Made by a program: the position numbers and the translations under genes
In this document: one piece after another, positions 12,112-22,830 of the stretch
How the letters are laid out: every line of letters begins with the position of its first letter
Numbering within the stretch: the stretch's first letter is position 1
Notes under the pieces: model-generated
The model's database searches: none
The model's input: the letters and a program-made list of their open reading frames with translations, nothing else
What the model was told of the DNA's origin: nothing
Origin: Octopus sinensis
Lineage: Eukaryota
NCBI RefSeq assembly: GCF_006345805.1
Contig: NC_043003.1
Location: 29,326,001-29,390,000 of the forward strand
DNA: 64,000 bases
Direction: 5' to 3'

Positions 12112-13299
12112 TGTGTGTGTGTGCATACACCCACATACATACAACACGAGGCACTGTATGGAATTCACTTTACAAATGGTGTCAGTCTTCCTTACTGTAA
12201 GAGCATAGACAAACTTTGGTAAATTGTGTATTTGAAGCTGAAAAAGAAATCAACAGTGTTTGTGTGATCCATGTAGATAACTGCAGACAGTTCAGAACTG
12301 CGAAAGATTCAGCTTCTGTGTCAACTGTATGGATATAGGAGGAGGGCGAGAGCCGAGTGGAGTTGTGCAAATTGATGTCATAAAGGGTGGAGGAACGATT
12401 CATTGTGATTTGGCAAGTTTGAAGAACAAGATTTATTTAAAGTTGTGAAGCAGGAAGGCTTTGAGCCAGACAAACTAAGTCTTCGTAACTGATATCCAGA
12501 TGAGTGGTGGAAAGTGAACTCGACCTACGTGCAAACACATCCTTTCAGAATGAAGTTGGAATATATAGATTAGATGTTATTCGTTTACCTTTGATTTTCT
12601 TTGGAGAAAGAACTTTGAAGAACAATTTTTTTCCTTCGTATAAGGTACAGTACTTCAACTTATCTCCTTAAAATAAATTACGATAAAAAGAAGCTTATAA
12701 AATGAAACGTTGATAAGTTATGCCGATAAGTTTACTGGACATCCTATATTCTCGTCTCCAAACACTACGCACTCATTTTTTTAAAAAATCACATCAATAT
12801 TGTTTATGGCCATCAATAATCAATGTTGTTACTTCTTGATTATTTTATGTGTTATTTTGGGGTGTCTCCATCTTCCACACTTTGGCAGATCGTTAGTTCT
12901 TTGTTTATAGATGAACCTCTATAACCCTTCATTCATCTCGTTCCCAAAACAATATAATACAACCAAATACTGCTTCGCTCAACCTCCTTCAAATTACACC
13001 CTATTATCAAAAGAAACAGAAGATACACTAGATAATGAAGACAACTACTCGAAAAGATAAAAATTTAAAAATCGGATGGTCACGGCTGACAAAAGATCTG
13101 CTCCATTAGGACTAAACAAAAACAACTATAACCACCAAACACACAAACATGCGTTTGCATGTTATTTACAACAAGAGTTATAAAGAGTTAATAAATCAAA
13201 GAAATATTTATCTACTTAAAACTAACCTTAGAATATTCATTTCCATAAAAACTCACAGAATTTCTTATCGCCAGTAACAAAGAATTTTCCATAAATATT

Positions 13300-13385
13300 T
13301 AGAAATTTTCTAACTTAGCTTCTAGTCACGTTCCATAACAATAACAGTACTGCAATAATTTTTGTAGCCGTACTTACGTATTGAA
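13300..13385 (-). promoter_or_regulatory. Putative first exon/TSS region of ZNF-B
   Basis: CAATACGTAAGTA (13383-13371) is a variant of the shared motif; ATGGAA at 13336; downstream sequence aligns with 3480-3600; exact donor uncertain. Confidence 0.4.
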
Positions 13386-13602
13386 CAAATGTTAGAGCGG
13401 GACAACTCTCAATGTAATAAACTTTCGATTTAACGGATTAGCAGACGAAAATGTCTGGCAACAATGCTGAAAGTTTGTTAAATCGAAGGTAATAGTATTA
13501 ATAGAGGTGGAAGACATGCCTCTCTTAACACCGTTAAGTTCGCTACTGGGAAGTTAACAAGAGAATCATTTTGTAGCTTAATGCAAAGCTTTAATATAAT
13601 GT

Positions 13603-14095
13603 TAGTTAACCCGAGATCCGTTGGGTCACCTGCAAAGTCTGAGTTTCCCAGCAACGGAGTTTTGCTTCATATTTTTTTTTTTTGTTCTTTTCCTGGTTAT
13701 TTTGCATGCTTTCAACGAATGTGACATCGAAATCACGCGTAAACGGCTCCTTTCCCCCGAAAAAAAAAAAAAGATTTAGCTGCTATTTCTTGCACGCCCT
13801 GCTACCACGTAACAGGTATTTCAGGTCCTTTATCGAAAATAGCTGTTACGTGGTAGGGTGTGCTAGAAATAGTAGCCAAATCTTTGGAGCTAGGATAGGT
13901 TGAATGCACTCGAAAAAGGTTTTGTAATGGTATTCCCTTGGGGCGATCTTTCGCTTTGACTCTCAGAAGTGTCATCCAGGTCAGCTGATTTCGTTCGTTA
14001 ATTTCCGTAAAAAAATTTATTTATTTACTTTTGTTTTAAAGTGACAGAGAGGAGAAAGTGAAAGATATATGAACATGTATATGAAATGGATGTGT

Positions 14096-14146
<51 letters not shown>

Positions 14147-14562
14147 CACTTACATGAGAACACATACGTTCACTCACTCTCTCTCACATGCACACGTACA
14201 TACAAAAAAGATGTACGCATATATATTGATGTATGTACGTATACATGACAACACCTCCTCTCACTATTTCTCTCTTTCATACACACACGCCCATTTCATA
14301 TACTCGTACACATATTTTTCACTTTCTCCTCTCTTTCACTTTAAAACAAAAGTAAATAAAAAAAATTTTTACGAAAATTAACGACTTACCAATAATAAAA
14401 AAAAAAGACATTACAATATTGTCTGTTTAAAGAAAGCTAAAATATAAATACTTACTGTACAAACAGTTTACATTTTTGAAATCTCATTCAGTTAAAAATA
14501 TTTCTAAATGATTAAAATATTGTGTACGTCAAAAAGTCGACATTTTTTTTTTCTTAAAGAGA
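13603..14562 (-). mobile_element. Possible non-autonomous Helitron-like element
   Basis: On - strand starts A|TCTCTTTAAG at 14562 and ends with a GC-rich hairpin-like GACCCAACGGATCTCGGGTT followed by AACTAAC; contains (GA)n/(CA)n tracts. Confidence 0.35.
14093..14140. repeat. (GA)n microsatellite
   Basis: Direct reading. Confidence 0.9.
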
Positions 14563-15879
14563 TGAAGACTATGTGTGTGTATATGTCACAGATAGCAGAC
14601 GTGTGTTTGTGTTGATTGACGTGCCATGACATTCATTATATGTGTGTGTATTCTGTATGTGGGTTGACGTTACAGAAGCCATGTTTTTTTTTCGTCAAGA
14701 AATAACAAACAAAAGTTATGTTTACTTGTTTTCATTAATAAATAGAGGTCCAAATGTCACAAAAATATGTACTCCTCTGCCAAAGGTAAGTATGAAAATA
14801 AATATGCAAAAACATTTAGATAAAGTATACTATTTCTGAGATATTTTGGGTACAGACAAACATCCCTAGAGTTTTAGTATTATTAAGATACATCACTGTA
14901 CAATATAGGTTTAATAAATTGTAATAAAGAATTAGCAATTTTTTTTTATGTTTTTACAGTTAAGTTAAAGAGTATCTTGCTGTAACTCTAGTGGTACTAT
15001 AGTAATTTTTATTTGGTGTCTAAAGGTGAAGGGGAAGTCATCACCTTCAGATTTTCCTGAAATGGCCGCAAAATAAGTCTTGTATCTTTGAGCGAGAAAT
15101 TCTCGTCCTTACGTCACCAGACATCATGATGTAGAGAATGAAGTTCATGCCAGCCAAATGTAGGAGTCCTTTTTATTACATGAACATATATCTCCAGCAA
15201 GTGTTGGTGGGGAAATTGCAAAGAATCAGTGATTCAGCAAATTTCATGCTATTATATTTAGAGAGTCCTGCATTCACTGTGTATCTACAAATGAGTGATC
15301 CAAGGAAAAGCAGAAGCCAAGTTAAAATAGGGAGTGTTTGTGGCCAATGGCAGGCTAGTGGGAGTAAGATGGATAGGAGAACAGGTGAATGTGTTCATCA
15401 ATGAAAAGAAAATGTTAGCAGAACTGGTTGGACACACCATATAAGATCTGAACAAGACTGTCAAGCTGACATTTATGACTGGTTTCTCAGATCACATTTT
15501 AATCGAGCTACAGGACTAAGGCTACAGGGAATATAATAACCAAATCAAGAATGCTAATGACAAACAGGTTACAAAGCATTGCAGCAATAGCTACATTGGG
15601 ATTAGACAGCAAGCTGAGAGCAGTTTGGGATCAGAAAAGGAAAAAGAGCGAGTGGAAACTTTTAAGGATCAGTACTTTTGATGTCATGGTGCATACATGG
15701 ACAGAGACTGCGAAGAGCTCAATCTAGAATTGATCTGTTACTATTGCAACTAGACTCTTAGGAATGGACTTATATGAGCTAAACAACAGTGATCTTTGAT
15801 TTTAGGTACATATTGCAAAACACTTTTCAAGTGTTGGGCCTCACAGAGGCAATGACAAATGACTGAGACCTTTGACATT

Positions 15880-16140
15880 ATGTTGTGCTTGAGAAGAAGA
15901 CCCATCAAGCCAAGTAAAATAGCAGTTGTGGAAGATACTGGTGTCACATAAATGGCACCCATGCCGGTGGCATATAAAAGCACCCATTACACTCTCTGAG
16001 AGGTTGATGTTAGGAAGGGTATCCAGAAGTAAAAACCATGCCAAGTCAAACTGGAGTCTGGTAAATCTTCCAGCTTGCCAGACCTGGTCAAATCGTTCAG
16101 CCCTTGTCAGCATGGACAACAGACATTAAATGATGACTAT
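15880..16140 (+). mobile_element. RTE-tailed SINE
   Basis: GAAGACCCATCAAGCCAAG...GGTGGCATATAAAAGCACCC...AGGAAGGGTATCCAG...CAGCATGGACAACAGACATTAAATGATGA. Confidence 0.7.
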
Positions 16141-16890
16141 AATTTTTGTGGAATTGAAAATGAAACCAAAACATTTTAAAAAAAACCTAAGATGCTTAAA
16201 CAACTACTTGTGTTGAATCAATAATCAATTTACACACACACAATAAAGTTTGTGTTGACCAGGATTTTAAGTTTCACCTGACAGCTTTTTCATCCTATCT
16301 CATACTATTGAGTCCCCACTTCCAATCAGGAAGAAAGGGAAGGAAGGAATAAAGGAAGGGAAGGAAGGGAGAGAGGTGGAACAAAATAATGGAAACGTGC
16401 TGGCAAGCATGGTAAAAATGGTGCCATTTTCCCAAACCTGCCATCTCTGATAATTTTATATTTATATATTCAGGACTAATCTGATAATATTGAATTTCAC
16501 ATAATATCGTCTTTAACAAAATATTTTCATAAGCATATCAAAATTTTGGAAATTTACTTTTTGTTATTTTACATTGCAATAACAGTAACATTAACAATAA
16601 CTATAGTTTTTGGTGCTTTACTACATTTAGAAAAAATTAGCCTGAAAGAAATATTGGCTTCGAATTTTCGCACAAGGCCAGTAATTTCAAGGAGTTTGTA
16701 AGTCGATTATATCGACGCCAATGGTACGTATTTTATTGACTCGTAAAAGATGAAAGACAAAGTCGACCTCGGCGGGATTTGAATTCAGAACGAAAAACAG
16801 ACGAAATGCCGCTAAGCATTTTACTTGGCGTGCTACTAGTAGGGGACAGAAAAAATAATCACATCTTATCTAACATCAGTTCGTATTTCT

Positions 16891-16956
16891 TAAATACGAA
16901 AGTAAGGCTCTAAATACTAGTTATTGTTAATATTGCTGTTAGATTAATGGAAGATG
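16891..16956 (+). promoter_or_regulatory. Putative non-coding first exon/TSS region of ZNF-C
   Basis: TAAATACGAAAGTA at 16891; exon ends ATGGAAGATG|GTAAGC (donor at 16957); divergent (head-to-head) with ZNF-B about 3.5 kb away. Confidence 0.5.
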
Positions 16957-17068
16957 GTAAGCGGGAAATTTTCGAAATCTCTTATATTTTTGGTAAATAT
17001 TTTGTTATAGGCTGAAAAAATTACTGGAATTGAATAGTGTCTGGTTAGATTCAAATAGATGAATATTT

Positions 17069-18100
17069 GGTTAATATCTAGATCCGCACCCGGTGGAAAA
17101 AATGGAAACGCAAATGTGTAACAGTTGTAAGGCATCGTATATTGACGGAATAAGACGTAAAAAAAGGGCGCTGACGAACGGGGGTGGGGTGGCGGGGTCG
17201 GAAAATTCCCAGGATCAACCGTAGAGGATCCACGCCCAGGTGGCAAAAATGGAAAAAAGTATGTGTAAGAGGTGTAAGGCATCGTATATTGAAGGAATAT
17301 GACGAAAAAAAAGCGCGCTGACAAACGGGGGGGGGGGAGGGGGCTCGGAAAATTGCCTACGATTTAAAGAAAAATTTACCATCAATTTTCACCATTTAAA
17401 CGCATTGTTGGCATAAGGGAAGTAACTCTCTAAAAATCTCTATATATAAACGGCAGTTTTTCTGTGTGTCTGTCAGGTTGTACTCTCACCCTGACCACGG
17501 CTTTCAACCGATTCTGATGAAACTTGACACACACATAGCCCAATGTCATAATTCAAAACTAACGCAGCGAAAATTTTGAAAAGTTCCCCCAGTTCTGAAA
17601 AAAATCGATAAATTCGACATGGGGTCGAGAATTTCAATTTTTTTGCTATTTTCAATATTTTTCGATACTGCTAGTCTATATATATTTTTTTTTCCGAGCC
17701 CCCCCCCCCGTTTGTCAGCGCGCTTTTTTTTCGTCATATTCCTTCAATATACGATGCCTTACACCTCTTACACATACTTTTTTCCATTTTTGCCACCTGG
17801 GCGTGGATCCTCTACGGTTGATCCTGGGAATTTTCCGACCCCCCCACCCCACCCCCGTTCGTCAGCGCCCTTTTTTTACGTCTTATTCCGTCAATATACG
17901 ATGCCTTACAACTGTTACACATTTTAGATTCCAGGTTGATCCTGGGAATTTTCCGACTCCCCCCCTTCCGACCCCCCTCCCCCACCCCCGTTCGTCAGCG
18001 CCCTTTTTTTCCGTCTTATTACGTCAATATACGATGCCTTACAACTGTTACACATTTGCGTTTCCATGTTTTCCACCGGGTGCGGATCTAGATATTAACC
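17069..18100. mobile_element. Foldback-type DNA transposon with long modular TIRs and 8-bp TSD GAATATTT
   Basis: GAATATTT|GGTTAATATCTAGATCCGCACCCGGTGG ... CCACCGGGTGCGGATCTAGATATTAACC|GAATATTT; arms built from ~145-bp subrepeats (2 left, 3 right); no transposase. Confidence 0.85.
17437..17674 (+). mobile_element. Short Helitron-like element nested in the foldback core
   Basis: A|TCTCTATATATAAACGG ... GATACTGCTAG|T: 5' TC, 3' CTAG, inserted between A and T; subterminal hairpin absent. Confidence 0.55.
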
Positions 18101-19269
18101 GAATATTTATCTTATTAAATGGTGTATTTACTTTGCATACCCCCAGTTGTAATTAATAAGAAAAATATGTTTATCTTTCTGGTATTATAACGTATCATAT
18201 ATATGTGTGTTTGTACAAAATATCAATGATTCGCAAACAGATGTGTCGCTCCTAGACAACTCTGATAGTGCAGACATATTATTAACAGTATTACGCCCTT
18301 ACTGTTACACTTTTTATTTATACATATTGTATTGAAGACTACATTATCCACATAGTATTATTTGTGGCGGTATTGTTTTTCTTTAGCTCCATATCAGCCC
18401 TAGTAGAGCATACCTATGATCATAGGTGTTTGGGACCATATAATTTATTTATATTGCAAGAAACAGCTAAATTGCTTTCTCAAATGTTTTACGTAGTTCA
18501 ACCTACAAAGTTAATGTGTGAAAACAAAATAGGAATTTTGAAATATTTATAAAACAAGTTTAAAACATCGAACGGCTATGGGGGTTCACAAGAACAGCAA
18601 TCAAAGGGGTCCATAGATTTAAAATTGTTGAGAGCCACTGATACACACATTAACATTTGGTTTTCTTTTTTATATTTTATCTTAAAACGTTTCTGCCCAA
18701 GTTATTTCCCTTCAATATTTTTTTATGTTTACATTTATATTTTATAATATCTGTTTCAGGGTGTCTGGTGACATAAGGATGAGAATTTCTTTCGAAATAC
18801 AGCAAGAAGTTTGCTTGATTTTAAAGACATTATCAGAAGCACATGTCACCATATAACTACAGTGTTGATTGAATTACTGTGAAATATTTCTCTGGATTAA
18901 TATTTGCTTCAACTAATTTCTGTGAAATTGAGAAAATGTTTACTGGATAAATTTGTGTGTTGAATGTAGATGGAAAATTTACTATGACTCATGAAGTGAC
19001 TTCTGTGAAACATCTTTCATAGCTGGATATTGAAAACTGGAACAATTTAAGGGATCTTTCACCTGATGTCATTGTCAAATTGATTCCTGGGAAAAGATTC
19101 AATCTGGGTCTTATAAGAGTTTCTTTATGGTTTATATACTTTAAGAATATATTTCTTTGAATTAATACAGTGTTTATTCAGAATATTTGTGGAACAATTT
19201 CTTATTTATAAATTACAAAGAAAAACTGGAACATATGTTTGTATTGTTATATGATTAACAGAAGAAATT

Positions 19270-20361
19270 ATGGATGAGAAACTGTATGAAAGAAAGGTTT
19301 GTGATGAAACACAACCTAGAGATAACTATGAAGATACAGAGGGACAATCATATCCCTGTAATATATGTGGGAAGGTATTTTCAAAGAAAAGATATTCAAT
19401 TCGACATAAATTAATTCATACAGGGAAGAGGCCACATCGGTGTGATATCTGTGGTAAAGCATTCTTAGAAAGAGGACAATTGTCTACCCATATTCGTACT
19501 CACACAGGTGAGAAACCATATTCCTGTGATATCTGTGGTAAGACATTCTCTCAGAGACGCACCTTACTTTGCCATATAAGTGTTCATACAGGAGAGAAAC
19601 CATTCCACTGTGAGTTTTGTGATAAAACGTTTCCTGAAAGTAGTGCCTTATCTAAACACAAACGTATTCACTCAGGTGAGAAACCATACCTCTGTAAGAC
19701 CTGTGGTAAAGCATTTCCTGTAAGCAGTGCCTTATCTCAACATGAACATATTCATGCAGTTGTGAAACCATACCACTGCGATATTTGTGGTAAAACATTC
19801 TCTCAGAGTAATTCTTTACGTTATCATATAAGTACTCATACGGGAAAGAAACCATTCAACTGTGATATTTGTGGCAAAACATTCTCTCGAAGTCGTTCTT
19901 TACTGCACCATATAAATATTCATACAGGTGAAAAACAATTCCATTGTGAGATATGTGGTAAAATATTCCTTGTCAGTGGTAATTTATCTCGTCACAAACG
20001 TATTCATACAGGTGAGAAGCTATACTCCTGTGATATTTGTGGTAAAACATTCTCTCAAAGTCAATCTTTGCTTTACCATTTAAGTACTCATACAGGTGTG
20101 AAACCATTCCATTGTGAGATTTGTGGTAAAACTTTCTGTCAGAATGGTCTCTTAAACAAGCACAAACGTATTCATACAGGTGAGAAATCATATGACTGTG
20201 ATATCTGTGGTAAGATATTCTTTCAAAATAGTGATTTATCTCGTCACAAACGTATTCACACAGGTGAAAAACCCTACCACTGTGATAGCTGTGGTAAAAA
20301 TTTTACTCAACGTGCTTCTTTATTGCGTCACAAATATATTCACACAGATGAGAAACTGTAG
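19270..20361 (+). CDS. C2H2 zinc-finger protein ZNF-C, 363 aa, 12 fingers
   Basis: ORF track; MDEKLYERKVCDETQPR start homologous to ZNF-A/B; 12 fingers; leader acceptor TCTGTTTCAG|GGTGTCTGG at 18759/18760. Confidence 0.95.
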   Translation: MDEKLYERKVCDETQPRDNYEDTEGQSYPCNICGKVFSKKRYSIRHKLIHTGKRPHRCDICGKAFLERGQLSTHIRTHTGEKPYSCDICGKTFSQRRTLLCHISVHTGEKPFHCEFCDKTFPESSALSKHKRIHSGEKPYLCKTCGKAFPVSSALSQHEHIHAVVKPYHCDICGKTFSQSNSLRYHISTHTGKKPFNCDICGKTFSRSRSLLHHINIHTGEKQFHCEICGKIFLVSGNLSRHKRIHTGEKLYSCDICGKTFSQSQSLLYHLSTHTGVKPFHCEICGKTFCQNGLLNKHKRIHTGEKSYDCDICGKIFFQNSDLSRHKRIHTGEKPYHCDSCGKNFTQRASLLRHKYIHTDEKL

Positions 20362-20411
20362 AACTGTGATGAAAGGAGCCTTTCTTTGTAATCATGCATC
20401 TGACTACTAAT

Positions 20412-21297
20412 TTGCAAGCATCAGTTGTTGTGTGCAAGAGAGACGATTGCGCTGGTATGGTCATGTGGCGAGAATGGATGAAGATAGGTGTGTGAGAAAG
20501 TGCCAATCCCTAGCAGTTGAGGGAACCCGTGGAAGAGGTAGACCCAGGAAAACCTGGGACGAGGTGGTGAAGCACGACCTTCGGACGTTAGGTCTCACCA
20601 TGGAAATGACTAGAGACCGAGACCTATGGAAGTATGCTGTGCGTGAGAAGACCCGGCAAGACTAGTGAAGCCATAATCCGTGGCCCCTACCTGGGACGTA
20701 GTCAGTCCACCTGTGCATACCTTCCTTCTTGTGACACTTGTGAAGACCTGTTGAGGCAAGTGAGAATCGAATCGAATCAAATCAAATCAAATCGAACCAA
20801 ATCAAAATAGATGAACATCAATGGAATTTGTATCCTTGTGGTACCAGTGCCGGTGGCACATAAGAAAACCATCCGAACGTGACCGTAGCCAGTACCGCAA
20901 CGACTGGCCTCCATGCTGAGGGCACGTAACAAACACCATCCGAGCGTGGCCGTCCGCCAGCCTCGTCTGGCACCTGTGTCGGTGACACATAAGAAAACAC
21001 CATCCGAGCGTGGCCGTCAGCCAGCCTCGTCTGGCACCTGTGTCGGTGGCACATAAAAACACCATCCGAGCGTGGCCGTCTGCCAGCCTCGTCTGGCACC
21101 TGTGTCGGTGGCACATAAAATCACCCACTACACTCTCGGAGTGGTTGGCGTTAGGAAGGGCATCCAGCTGTAGAAACACTGCCATATCTGACTGGCCTGG
21201 TGCAGCCTTCGGGCTTGCCAGACCCCAGTTGAACCGTCCAACCCATGCTAGCATGGAAAGCGGACGTTAAACGATGATGATGATGATGATGATGATG
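20412..21297 (+). mobile_element. 5'-truncated RTE-clade LINE (ORF C-terminus + 3'UTR with ~55-bp tandem repeats + (GAT)n tail)
   Basis: ORF 20432..20665 RRLRWYGHVARM...RGRGRPRKTW is the canonical RTE C-terminal motif; tandem units 20840-21120; tail GGACGTTAAAC(GAT)n. Confidence 0.9.
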
Positions 21298-21354
21298 ACA
21301 TTTATGTTAAAATATTCTGAAAGGGAATACTAGTGCTTTGGCTTATTGATCATG

Positions 21355-21530
21355 AAAACTATCATCATTTAGCATCCGCTTTCCATGCTGGGATAGACAC
21401 TGGTAAGCTGGAGAGCTGCACCAGACTCCAGTCTGTTTTGACTTGGTTTTCTACCACTGGATGCCTTTCCTAATGCTAATTACTTAACAGTGTGTACAGG
21501 GTGCCTTTAACATATTACCAGCACAGGTTT
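21355..21530 (-). mobile_element. RTE-tailed SINE fragment, inverted relative to the adjacent RTE
   Basis: CATCATTTAGCATCCGCTTTCCATGCTGG...GGATGCCTTTCCTAATGC is the reverse complement of the tail at 21140-21290. Confidence 0.65.
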
Positions 21531-21589
21531 ATTTAACCTTTTTGACTTCCCACTATTCCTCAACCTCATAGTGGATCGAGTAGTGCTGC

Positions 21590-21855
21590 AATAAGGGAAT
21601 ACTTCTTGATTCAGTTCTATATTTGAGAGATATGGAATTATGTACATTATTGACATTTGATGGATATTTGTCCTCATCTTGTTTGTTGTTAACACCTTCA
21701 TCAGGTGTTTTGAGGAAATTTCAAACCTGGGTTCTCATTCCTAAGGTATTTTTCCGATGTTGTTATTGTTATTATTCAGGTCACTGCCTGGAATCAAACT
21801 TGGAATCTTGGTGTTAGTAGCCTGTGCTCTTAACCACTACGCCATATGCCTGTGG
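21590..21855 (-). mobile_element. tRNA-head SINE (third family); hammerhead helix II/GAAAC segment deleted
   Basis: Head GGCATATGGCGTAGTGGTTAAGAGC...AGTTTGATTCCAGGC (A/B-box-like); body aligns with 24040-24270 except for a ~25-nt deletion after ACACCTGATGAAG. Confidence 0.75.
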
Positions 21856-22754
21856 GCAATTTTGGAGTGAATTTTAGAGCTTATAAATCTAATATTTTCC
21901 TTTCCTTCCTTAATACCAGTTACCAATACTTCTTGATTGTTAGGAACTAGCTGTTGTAGTAATTGTTGTGGATGACGCTCCTTGATTTCATTGGCCATGG
22001 CTGAAAGAGGGATTTTTATGTCTCATGGCTCATTCCTGAAAATGATAAGGGTTGCCATAAGATTAACAGCTTTCATGAATTGATGCTGTTGCTTTTGTTG
22101 TTGTAGATTTTTTTGCAGAAAGCTTGTAGGTAAGTTTTGCTGATCATCTGAATTTAATACTGGGCTTTAAGGACTTTTTCTTGGTACTTCTTCACAGGAC
22201 ACAGTTCTGGTAATGGTTTGTGGTCTTGCAGAGTCATGAGGAATTTCATATCCATGGTATTCTAGTAAAGCCTTGGGTCAACCAAAGTTTTGTGAGTGGA
22301 TTTGTTTAACTGAAACTGAAATGAAGCCCAACATGTGTGTATGTACACACACACACATATATATATGTATGTATGTGTATATGTATGTATATATATGTCT
22401 ATATATATATATGTATGTATATGCATATATAGGTGTTATGAGAGGTAATGTTGTCAGTAAGAGCCAAAGGTGTCAGGTAATGCTGAGTAAGTGCTATGGA
22501 GAAACCATAGTTAAGCTCCAGGTTCAGTGATAATGCAAATAAGGAGTCCAACATTTTTATCTCATTCTGAGAAAAAATATGTTTATATGCATATATATAT
22601 GTATGTATATATATGTATCACCAATGATCAGTCCTTAGTCCCTTATTATTATCATAGTTCTCCAGGCAATAACAGAAGAATTCAAGACTAGCTGCCCATG
22701 GGATCTCCTCTATAGTGATGACCTTCCTCTAATAGCTGAGTCACTACCAGAATT

Positions 22755-22830
22755 AGAGAAGTATCAGATGTAGAAGCAAGGTCTAGAATCAAAGGGCCTT
22801 AGAATCAATTTCGCAAAAACCAGAAAATCT
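22755..22830 (+). mobile_element. Short RTE reverse-transcriptase fragment
   Basis: Translates approximately as KQGLESKGLRINFAKT, resembling the RTE RT-end motif. Confidence 0.4.

Noticed and set aside
15130-15740. Possible CR1 endonuclease fragment (SDH motif at ~15490)
   Set aside because: Only one short motif recognisable; too degenerate to call without a search.
16944-18156. Proline-rich ORFs of 100-126 aa
   Set aside because: Fall within the modular arms of the non-coding foldback element; no domain recognisable.
20840-21120. CRISPR-like array of ~55-bp repeats (also 55880-56110, 59030-59250)
   Set aside because: Eukaryotic context; units are contiguous tandem repeats without unique spacers and lie inside RTE/SINE 3' regions.
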